Source: Candidatus Zixiibacteriota bacterium
GTDB lineage: Bacteria > RBG-13-66-14 > B26-G2 > WVWN01
Direction: 5' to 3'
NCBI GenBank assembly: GCA_050117845.1
Contig: JASFLY010000038.1
Span: forward strand, 1-22,168
DNA length: 22,168 nt
The notes under the pieces were generated by a model. The model searched no databases. It was not told where the DNA came from and saw only the letters and a program-made list of their open reading frames with translations. Below are positions 15,108 to 22,168 of this stretch, one piece after another. Made by a program: the position numbers and the translations under genes. Every line of letters starts with the position of its first letter. Position 1 is the stretch's first letter.

Positions 15108-15645
15108 CGACGAAAACGCCGTCCCCGAAATCAACGAAATGGACCGCCTTCGGGCCGAAACGCATTTCCAGCGCGCCCGCGGCTATCACCGCACGGGCCG
15201 CTTCGAGGAGGCCCTAGCCGCCATCGACGAAGCGCTGGCGGCCGACCCCGGTTACATCCGGGCGCAAGCCGCCCGCGGCCACACCTTGCGGCGGCTCGGC
15301 CGGCTGGACGAGGCCATGGAAGTCGTGGACCGCGTCCTCGCCCGGGAACCGGGGAACGCCATCGCGCTCGCGACCAAGGGCACGCTTCTGCAGGAGGTAG
15401 GCAGGACGGATGAGGCGCGGGAGACCTTCGAAAGGGCGCTGCCCCTCGTCACGGGTGAAGAGCGCTCGCTGATCCATTACAACTTCGCCTGCTACTGGGC
15501 GGCCGTGGGCGACGAGGCCGAGTGCCGGGAACACCTGGCCCGGGCGCTCGAGCTCGACCCCACGAAAAAAAGCGTCGCCGCCGTGGACCGCGATTTCGGG
15601 AAGTACGCCGGGGAGGACTGGTTCCTCGACCTCACGGCGTTGTAA
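15097..15645 (+). CDS. TPR protein with C-terminal TPR end-of-group-like segment
   Basis: TPR repeats, YNFACYWA...ALELDP...DRDF...EDWFLDL. Confidence 0.85.
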   Translation: MTSNDENAVPEINEMDRLRAETHFQRARGYHRTGRFEEALAAIDEALAADPGYIRAQAARGHTLRRLGRLDEAMEVVDRVLAREPGNAIALATKGTLLQEVGRTDEARETFERALPLVTGEERSLIHYNFACYWAAVGDEAECREHLARALELDPTKKSVAAVDRDFGKYAGEDWFLDLTAL

Positions 15646-15669
15646 TCCCCCGCGCCCCCCCCGTAAAGG

Positions 15670-15694
15670 AAAACGCCCCGCGAACGGGGCGTTT
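15670..15694. terminator. Bidirectional terminator
   Basis: AAACGCCCCG-CGAA-CGGGGCGTTT between convergent genes. Confidence 0.85.
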
Positions 15695-15722
15695 AGTAAT
15701 TATCCTGCCGTATGTGCCGTTT

Positions 15723-16382
15723 TTAGCGGTACAGCGCGCGTACGCGGCCGAGGCTGGTCGGAGAGACGGCCGGGTTGCCGAAAGTCAGCCGCGCGATGTT
15801 GCCCTGGTTGGCAAGGAGCGTGCCGGTCTCGGCTTCGGCGTTAAACGCCCGGAGGCGGCCCATCTGGCCCGCCGTCGAGATCCAGCACAGGTTCCGGTCG
15901 GCGCCCGCGGCCGAGGTCCAGACGATCTCGATTAGGAGATTTACGCCCATATTGTTATTGTAGTTAAACGCGCCGTTCGTATTGCACACGGTAAGCCAGT
16001 CGTCCTGAGCCAATCCGGCGGGGATTTCGTATTCCCCTTCGTAAACGACGGTCGGTTCTTTGAAGTTGTAGTTCGTCGTGTAGTTGTTCGATAACTCGGT
16101 ACGCCGGGAATGGCAGAGCATTACTTTGTACCCGTCGAAAGCGGTCGGCGGCGTCCCTATGTAACTGTGGAATTTAAATTCGATCTTGGCGATGGTACCG
16201 CCTATATTGATCTCGTCCTGTTTCCACATAGTCTGGTACCGCATGGCGGCTTTGGAAGAATTGAAGGGGTTCGCGTTACCTTTCGCCCCTTCACCGCCTA
16301 CCTCCACTTCCGTTCCGGTAGCGAACGCTACGCCGGATACGGCCAGGGACAACCCGATCATTACCATTACTGCCTTCTTCAT
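15723..16382 (-). CDS. Secreted protein with short C-terminal sorting-like motif
   Basis: AGGAGG RBS, signal peptide ending AFA, C-terminus AVSPTSLGRVRALYR. Confidence 0.85.
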   Translation of the reverse strand: MKKAVMVMIGLSLAVSGVAFATGTEVEVGGEGAKGNANPFNSSKAAMRYQTMWKQDEINIGGTIAKIEFKFHSYIGTPPTAFDGYKVMLCHSRRTELSNNYTTNYNFKEPTVVYEGEYEIPAGLAQDDWLTVCNTNGAFNYNNNMGVNLLIEIVWTSAAGADRNLCWISTAGQMGRLRAFNAEAETGTLLANQGNIARLTFGNPAVSPTSLGRVRALYR

Positions 16383-16444
16383 CCGAATACCTCCTATTAT
16401 TATGCCGGACTCTGTAAGCTTTGTAGGGTCTTATTTGATATGAT

Positions 16445-16473
16445 ACTATAAGTAAACATTCCCTGAAATGCAA
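16445..16473 (-). promoter_or_regulatory. Putative sigma70 promoter
   Basis: TTGCAT-N17-TATAGT. Confidence 0.55.
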
Positions 16474-16498
16474 GGGAAATATTTAATTTTATCCGATC

Positions 16499-16527
16499 TT
16501 TACACGGCGCCCGGTAATACATATAAT
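16499..16527 (+). promoter_or_regulatory. Putative sigma70 promoter
   Basis: TTTACA-N17-TATAAT. Confidence 0.7.
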
Positions 16528-16553
16528 GCCGGGAACCCGGGGAGGTTCAGAAA

Positions 16554-17102
16554 ATGGACTTATTCACCGCTATCGTCGAACGTCGCTCCATAAGGAAATA
16601 CGAACCCGACCCGGTCCCGGAAGACGCGCTCGTTCGTATTCTGAACGCGGGCCGGCTTGCCCCGTCCGGCCACAACCGCCAGCCGTGGCGCTTTGTCGTC
16701 GTGCGCGACGCGGCCCGCCGCCGACGCCTGGCCGACGCCGCCGCGCCCCACAACTCCTTCCTCGCCGAAGCGCCGGCCGTCCTGGCCTTCCTCGGCCGCC
16801 TGGCCCACGAGGACGGCCGCGCGCCCGACGCGCGGACGAGGGGCACCTGGACCTGGGACATGTACATCCGCTACAACGTATCCATCGCCGCGGCGTACGC
16901 AACGCTGGCGGCTACCGCCGAGGGCCTCGGGACCTGTTGGATCAACAACTACGACGAGGACAAGGTCCGCGCCGTCCTCGCCGTGCCCGAAGAGTACGCG
17001 CTGGTATGTTTGATGACGCTGGGCCGGCCGGCCGAAGCGCCCGCCCCCAAGCCCCGCTTGTCCCTGGAGGAACTCCGTTTCGACGAGGAGGTAAGGCCGT
17101 GA
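16554..17102 (+). CDS. Nitroreductase family protein
   Basis: RRSIRKY, APSGHNRQPWRFVVV, EGLGTCWI. GGAGG RBS. Confidence 0.92.
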   Translation: MDLFTAIVERRSIRKYEPDPVPEDALVRILNAGRLAPSGHNRQPWRFVVVRDAARRRRLADAAAPHNSFLAEAPAVLAFLGRLAHEDGRAPDARTRGTWTWDMYIRYNVSIAAAYATLAATAEGLGTCWINNYDEDKVRAVLAVPEEYALVCLMTLGRPAEAPAPKPRLSLEELRFDEEVRP

Positions 17103-18274
17103 TCTCTGACAACCGCGTCGCCGTAACCCGCGTTCCGTCCTACGACGAACTCGACGTGGCGGTGGCGATAAACGACGTCTCGAAGCCGTTCGGCGGCTTC
17201 GAAAGCCTGCTCGCCGGCGCCCGGCGCGTCGTCTTGAAGGTGAACCTGCTTCGCGGCGCCCGCCCCGAACAGGCCGTTACGACCCACCCCGCCGTGGTGC
17301 GGGCCGTAGCCCGGGCCGTCATCGCCGCCGGCGCGACGCCCGTCCTCGCCGACAGCCCCGGCGCCGGCCTCCCCCACTCCCGGCGCACGCTCGAAAAGTG
17401 CTACCGCCGCGCCGGATACCTTCCGCTCGCGGACGAGGTGGGCCTGGAGCTCAACTACGATACGACGTTCCGGACGGTCCATTACGAGGAAGGTACGGTG
17501 GCCCGGCGCTTCGACGTCATTACGCCCGTCCTCGAGGCCGACGCCGTCATCAACCTATGCAAGCTCAAAACCCACGCCTTTACGGTCATCACCGGGGCGG
17601 TGAAAAACCTTTTCGGCGTACTGCCCGGTTACGACAAGCCGGCCTACCACGCCCGTCTGCGCAAAGTGGACCACTTCGCCGACATGCTCCTCGACCTGGC
17701 CGAGTTCGTAAAACCGGTTATTAGCATCATGGACGCCGTCGTCGCGATGGAGGGCAACGGCCCGGGCCTCGGCGAGCCGCGGAACCTGGGCCTGATTCTG
17801 GCCTCCCCCTCGCCCCTCACGCTGGACGTCGCGGCCGGCGCCGTGACCGGCCTTCCGCCGGAGGGGCACCCCGTACTCCGGGCCGCCGCCCGCCGGGGCG
17901 CCGAACCCAACAAACCGGGGGACCTCGCGGTCACGGGGCCGGCGCTCGAGACCCTTCGCCCCGCCGACTGGAAGTGGCCGCCGACGGTGGTAGATGAAGT
18001 CGGTTTCGCCGGTTACGGCCCCCTGCAGGGCGTCCTCACTACCGTATTCCGCAGCGGCTATTCCGTCCAGCCGGTCGTCGTGGCCGACAAGTGCACCGGC
18101 TGCGGCCTCTGCCGGGAGGCGTGCCCCGTGGGCGCCATCGGCGTCATCGGCGAGAAGTCGTTAATCGAGAAGAAATTCTGCATCCGCTGTTACTGTTGCC
18201 ACGAGGCTTGCGCCTACGACGCCATCGACCTGCACCGGCCTTTCCTGCACCGCCTCATCGGCGGGAGGGTTTAA
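17099..18274 (+). CDS. DUF362 protein with C-terminal 2x[4Fe-4S] domain
   Basis: GTG 17099 (GTGA overlap, GAGGAGG RBS). VVLKVNLL, TTHPAV, KLKTH, GAVKNLFG, MEGNGP, CTGCGLCREACP, CIRCYCCHEAC. Confidence 0.88.
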   Translation: MISDNRVAVTRVPSYDELDVAVAINDVSKPFGGFESLLAGARRVVLKVNLLRGARPEQAVTTHPAVVRAVARAVIAAGATPVLADSPGAGLPHSRRTLEKCYRRAGYLPLADEVGLELNYDTTFRTVHYEEGTVARRFDVITPVLEADAVINLCKLKTHAFTVITGAVKNLFGVLPGYDKPAYHARLRKVDHFADMLLDLAEFVKPVISIMDAVVAMEGNGPGLGEPRNLGLILASPSPLTLDVAAGAVTGLPPEGHPVLRAAARRGAEPNKPGDLAVTGPALETLRPADWKWPPTVVDEVGFAGYGPLQGVLTTVFRSGYSVQPVVVADKCTGCGLCREACPVGAIGVIGEKSLIEKKFCIRCYCCHEACAYDAIDLHRPFLHRLIGGRV

Positions 18275-18293
18275 CTCATATCGGGGGACCACC

Positions 18294-18467
18294 GTGCAGA
18301 GTCTCAAACGCGCTTTATACGGATTATTCTACGGCGGCATCGCATCTTACAACGGCCCTCTCGAACTCAAAGAGGGTGAGAACGCCCACGTCGCGATGGA
18401 GGCCGAAACGGTCACCGCGGACCCCGACACGGGCGAGGAAAACGTTTACGCCGAATTCGCGTATTAA
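18294..18467 (+). pseudogene. Internally deleted 57-aa remnant of the downstream paralog family
   Basis: Manual translation VQSLKRALYGLFYGGIASYNGPLELKEGENAHVAMEAETVTA|DPDTGEENVYAEFAY* joins the N- and C-terminal ends of the paralogs. Confidence 0.85.
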
Positions 18468-18509
18468 ACCCGCCGGTTAGCGGGCGGGTCTACTCACGGA
18501 GAGGTGGTC

Positions 18510-19736
18510 ATGTCGAGGGTCAAATATATACTAGCCGGGTTAATTTGCACAATCCTCGCGGCCGGGACGGCCTTCGCCGACTCCGGCGACTTCCATTTCT
18601 ACAACGGCCCCCTGGGCCTTGCGGACGGCGAGAACGCCTCCGTCGCGATGGAGGCCGAGACGGTCGCGGCCGAACTGGGCCCGGAAACCACCGAGGTCCG
18701 CGCGTCGTTCACGTTCGCCAATCGGGGAAAGGCGACCGAGGTGACGATGTTCTTCCCGCTCGCCACCGGCTACACCATGGTCGACCTCAGCGCCTGGAAT
18801 CTCGACGACCACGACGGCATCAACGCTTACCTCGTCGAGCACTGGGGCGTGCGCCTCGACCAACCGGTATGCGAATCGGCCTTCCCGTTGCCGCTGGAAT
18901 GGGAGCCCTCCCTTCCCGGCAAATCCGCCGGCACCTACACCCTTACCCAGAACGGCTCCTTCGCCGTCACGTGCGGCGGCGCGCCGGTCCCCGCCGAAAT
19001 CGTCTACCGGACGCAAATGGGCGAGGTGGACCGGATGGGCGGCGTTTCCATAACCGACGACACCTTCACCCGTTGGAAAGTCGCGTTCGCGGCCGGCGAG
19101 ACGAAAACCGTTGAGTGCACTTACCGGGCGTCCTACGACGTCGCGAAGCACGGCATGGGAGGCAAGTCGTTCGTATACCCCCTGTACACCGGGAAGACGT
19201 GGGCCGGCCCCATAGGCGAAGGCACCATTACGGTTAGCTACGAGGCCGACGCGCCGGGCGGGCCGGCCTCGTTCCGGTCGCCCGGGATGCCGCCGGCCGA
19301 GGTTTCGGCGGACGAGAACGAGACGCACGTCGTCTGGCGCTTTAAGGCCTTCGAACCCGGGGAGTACACGTCCATATACGTCGACGTCGCGGAATGCATG
19401 AACGAGGATTACCGCGCCGTCGTTTTCGAGAGGCTGGGCCTCAACGCCGACAAGGCCGGCGAACCCGGACGGGTCCTGACGGACAACCTGTCGTTCCGCA
19501 CCGCGCCCTCGACCGACGCCACACGCGTGGAAGCCCGGCCGAAGCTGGCCAAGGGCGCCCCGGTGGCCGTACTGGAATCCCGGGGCGAGTGGTGGCGGGT
19601 GCGGGTACCGGGAGGCGCCGGCGAGTGGGGCGAGTGGAAGGACGACCTGGAGGGCTGGATCCGCTGGCGCTACGTCGACCCGGATACCGGCAAGGAGAAC
19701 GTCTACGCCGAGTTCGCGTACGACGGCGGCGCGTAA
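18510..19736 (+). CDS. Secreted protein, DUF4424-like N-terminal domain plus C-terminal SH3-like domain (paralog 1)
   Basis: Signal peptide ..AFA, VAMEAETV..EVRASFTFAN, YPLYTGKTWAGPIG, LSFRTAPS..GEWWRV..GWI. Confidence 0.8.
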   Translation: MSRVKYILAGLICTILAAGTAFADSGDFHFYNGPLGLADGENASVAMEAETVAAELGPETTEVRASFTFANRGKATEVTMFFPLATGYTMVDLSAWNLDDHDGINAYLVEHWGVRLDQPVCESAFPLPLEWEPSLPGKSAGTYTLTQNGSFAVTCGGAPVPAEIVYRTQMGEVDRMGGVSITDDTFTRWKVAFAAGETKTVECTYRASYDVAKHGMGGKSFVYPLYTGKTWAGPIGEGTITVSYEADAPGGPASFRSPGMPPAEVSADENETHVVWRFKAFEPGEYTSIYVDVAECMNEDYRAVVFERLGLNADKAGEPGRVLTDNLSFRTAPSTDATRVEARPKLAKGAPVAVLESRGEWWRVRVPGGAGEWGEWKDDLEGWIRWRYVDPDTGKENVYAEFAYDGGA

Positions 19737-19766
19737 GGTAACGCCAATATCATAGGAGGGCGAGTC

Positions 19767-20987
19767 ATGTCACACCTGGAATACGTATTAGCCGGATTGG
19801 TTTCGATAGCCGTCGCGGCGGTTCCGGCTTTAGCTTTCGAGGGGGAACTCCGGTTCCACAACGGCCCCCCCAGCCTCTCGGGCGACGGGACCGCCTCCGT
19901 CGAGTTGGAGGTCGAAACGGTAACGGCCGAACTCGCGCCGGAGTGGGTCGAGGTACGCGCGTCGTTCACGTTCGCCAACCGCGGCGAGGCGACCGTGGTA
20001 ACGATGTCCTTTCCGCTCGCCGAACAAATATCGGTCGAGTACCTCGACACCTACCACGCACCGCCCGGGGAACTGGACGACTGGCTAATGAAACGGTACG
20101 GCCTGAAGCCGGACGAGCCGGTTTGGGAAGAGGCCTTTCCGTTGCCTATTGAGTGGGAACCGTCCTTACCCGGCGACAATCTCAGTACCGCCGGCCTGAC
20201 GCGTCACGGTTCGTTAGAAGTAACGCAGAACGGCGAATACTTACCCGCCGAGATCGTATACCGCGCCCGCTACGTAAGCTCGGGCCACATGAAACATACC
20301 GTGTACGGCGATACTTTCGCCCGCTGGAAGGTCGCGTTCGACGCCGGGGAATCGAAGACCATTACCTGCACTTTCTTCCCTTCGTACGATTCAGTGCAGG
20401 ACGGCCGGCTTGCCCTGGGGTTCGACTACCCCCCGTATAAAAGTCCGGCGCAGACGACAGCCGCCGGCGAGGGGACGATTACGATAACTTATAGAGGGGA
20501 TGCCCTCGGAGCCCCCGTATCGTTCCGTTCGCCCGGAGTGCCGCCGGCCGAGGTCACCGCGGACGAAAACGAGACGCGTATCGTCTGGAACTATACGGCT
20601 CTTGAACTGGGAGAAGACGCCGGAGTGTTTATAACCCTCGGTAAAACCGCCGCCGAGGAGTCCCGCGCCGACAGCCTCCGGCTTCACGGCCTGAATCCGG
20701 ATAAGGCCGGCGAACCGGCGTTGGTGTCGGTGGATAACCTACCGTTACGCACCGGCCCCTCGAGCGAAGCGCCCACCGTAAAGGGCCGCCCCAAATTGGC
20801 AAAAAACGCCGCGGTGGCCGTTCTCGAATCGCGGGGAGAGTGGTGGCGGGTACGCGTGCCGGGAGAAACCGGCGACAGGGGCGACGGGAAGGATGACGTC
20901 GAAGGCTGGATCCGCTGGCGCTACGTCGACCCGGCCACGGGCGAGGAAAACGTCTACGCCGAGTTCGCCTACGACGGCGGCGCGTAA
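19767..20987 (+). CDS. Secreted protein, DUF4424-like plus SH3-like (paralog 2)
   Basis: AGGAGG RBS. Colinear similarity to 18510-19736 with the identical end ENVYAEFAYDGGA. Confidence 0.8.
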   Translation: MSHLEYVLAGLVSIAVAAVPALAFEGELRFHNGPPSLSGDGTASVELEVETVTAELAPEWVEVRASFTFANRGEATVVTMSFPLAEQISVEYLDTYHAPPGELDDWLMKRYGLKPDEPVWEEAFPLPIEWEPSLPGDNLSTAGLTRHGSLEVTQNGEYLPAEIVYRARYVSSGHMKHTVYGDTFARWKVAFDAGESKTITCTFFPSYDSVQDGRLALGFDYPPYKSPAQTTAAGEGTITITYRGDALGAPVSFRSPGVPPAEVTADENETRIVWNYTALELGEDAGVFITLGKTAAEESRADSLRLHGLNPDKAGEPALVSVDNLPLRTGPSSEAPTVKGRPKLAKNAAVAVLESRGEWWRVRVPGETGDRGDGKDDVEGWIRWRYVDPATGEENVYAEFAYDGGA

Positions 20988-21038
20988 CGAAACGGCCCGG
21001 CCGGGTAAAAGTGTTAAAATTTACATAGATTCGGGTAG

Positions 21039-21064
21039 AAAAAAGCCGGGCCATAAGGCCCGGC
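21039..21064 (-). terminator. Terminator of the tRNA gene
   Basis: Minus strand GCCGGGCC-TTAT-GGCCCGGC-TTTTTT. Confidence 0.85.
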
Positions 21065-21070
21065 GTCGTG

Positions 21071-21143
21071 TGGAGCAGATCGGATTCGAACCGACGACCT
21101 CCTCCGTGCGAGGGAGGCGCTCTTCCAGCTGAGCCACTGCCCC
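21071..21143 (-). tRNA. tRNA-Ala(CGC), CCA not encoded
   Basis: GGGGCAG/CTGCTCC acceptor stem with G3:U70, anticodon arm CCTCC-CT-CGC-AC-GGAGG, GGTTCGAATCC T-arm. Confidence 0.97.
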
Positions 21144-21153
21144 GTCGGAGAGT

Positions 21154-21182
21154 ATTATACTAAATTAACGCCGGCGGGTCAA
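21154..21182 (-). promoter_or_regulatory. sigma70 promoter of the tRNA gene
   Basis: TTGACC-N17-TATAAT. Confidence 0.8.
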
Positions 21183-21222
21183 TACCGGCCTCGATTTCGC
21201 GTTATCCGAATAAGAGATAAGG

Positions 21223-21252
21223 AAAAACCGGGCCCCGCGGCCCGGGTTTTTT
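21223..21252 (-). terminator. Intrinsic terminator
   Basis: AAAAA-CCGGGCC-CCGC-GGCCCGG-GTTTTTT. Confidence 0.8.
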
Positions 21253-21268
21253 AATTACGTTATCAACG

Positions 21269-22168
21269 TCATTTGCTTATTACGATCCGCCTCGACGCCG
21301 TCTCGTCGCCGGCCGTGAGGCGGTAAATGTACACCCCCGCCGGGTACGTCGACACGTCTAAGGCCAGCGAGTGCGGGCCGGCCTTGACGGTGCGGTCGAT
21401 CGGGACGGCGACGCGGCGGCCGGCCAGGTCGAATAACTCGAGTCGAGCGGGCCCCGTTTCCGCCAGGGAGAACGATATCGTCGCGGCCGTACGGCAGGGG
21501 TTCGGGGCGTTCTGGCCCAGGGCGAACGCGAAAGGCCGCTTGCCGCCCGCTTGCGCCTCGGCCGGGCCGTATCGTTCAGCTCCCCCGGCCAACGCGACCG
21601 CTTCCAGCCAATACCGGTACGTTTCCCCTGCCGTCACGTCCCCGTCCAGGAACGCGTACGGCGGCGAGCCGGTAATGAGGTACTCGTTAATTTTAACCGG
21701 ACCCCCGTCGGCGGAAGCCCGGGAGCCTTCCCGATAGAGGTTGAACCCGGCGTAGTTTTCCGGCGCATCCCACTTCAACGCGACGCCCCGCGGTACGGAG
21801 GACGCGTGGAAAGTCACGTCGCGGGCGCCGGTAAATTCGCTCCATATATAGGAACCATATCTTTCGGAACCTATGATGACATAATCCGTACCGCCCGAGG
21901 GAGCGACGGCGACGCTGTAACAAGAGCTAATGGGGAAGCCATCTCCCAACGGCGCCCAGGAACTCCCGCCGTTATCGGAGAAGTAAACCGAAAGTGGCTC
22001 GGTAACGGCTAGAAGGTCCCCCGCCACGTATAAGCATTCCGGGTCCGTGGGCGATATCGCTATTTCGTATAAGTCCATCTTAATATCGCCCCCGGTCTTT
22101 TCCGTCCAATTCTCACCGCCGTCCGTAGATTTAATTACGTCCCAGTACGGAGCTACGCCGTAAATAAC
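21269..22168 (-). CDS. 5'-truncated BNR/Asp-box beta-propeller protein with T9SS type A/FlgD-Ig-like C-terminal domain
   Basis: Frame is open to the window edge. STDGGENW and SDNGGSSW, then YAGFNLYR and FALGQNAPNP...FDLAGRRV...GVYIYRL. Confidence 0.85.
   Translation of the reverse strand, partial: VIYGVAPYWDVIKSTDGGENWTEKTGGDIKMDLYEIAISPTDPECLYVAGDLLAVTEPLSVYFSDNGGSSWAPLGDGFPISSCYSVAVAPSGGTDYVIIGSERYGSYIWSEFTGARDVTFHASSVPRGVALKWDAPENYAGFNLYREGSRASADGGPVKINEYLITGSPPYAFLDGDVTAGETYRYWLEAVALAGGAERYGPAEAQAGGKRPFAFALGQNAPNPCRTAATISFSLAETGPARLELFDLAGRRVAVPIDRTVKAGPHSLALDVSTYPAGVYIYRLTAGDETASRRIVISK

Noticed and set aside
16526..17098. N-terminal extension of the DUF362 ORF
   Set aside because: Off-frame overlap with the nitroreductase. 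An RBS and GTG at 17099 give the start.
21071..21143. tRNA as attachment site of an integrated element
   Set aside because: No integrase and no duplicated tRNA 3' fragment seen in the window.

Overview
High-GC bacterial chromosomal window. Two C-terminal secretion-signal types suggest an uncultured Coatesbacteria/Zixibacteria-like lineage (inference). In order: (1) a 197-bp-period repeat carrying GTAG-type REP palindromes; (2) a secreted acidic protein; (3) an AT-rich two-gene cassette (ABC/AAA_21-DUF3696-type ATPase plus PIN-like protein) bracketed by near-identical terminators, a candidate defence system; (4) a secreted M3-like peptidase, a secreted protein, a TPR protein and a degenerate PD-(D/E)xK-like protein; (5) an operon of cysteine desulfurase, DsrC (CX10C), a NarI/DsrM-like membrane protein and a DsrK/TmcB-like CCG protein, with no dsrAB in the window; (6) an orphan antitoxin-like gene bracketed by identical hairpins; (7) a cerR-spt-bcerS-like sphingolipid operon; (8) a lipoprotein and a second TPR protein, then a secreted protein with a SLGRVRALYR tail; (9) nitroreductase and DUF362-4Fe4S; (10) an array of two SH3-bearing secreted paralogs preceded by an unannotated, internally deleted third copy; (11) tRNA-Ala(CGC) and the 3' part of a BNR-repeat protein with a T9SS-like C-terminal domain. 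All family calls come from motif recognition by eye; no searches were run.
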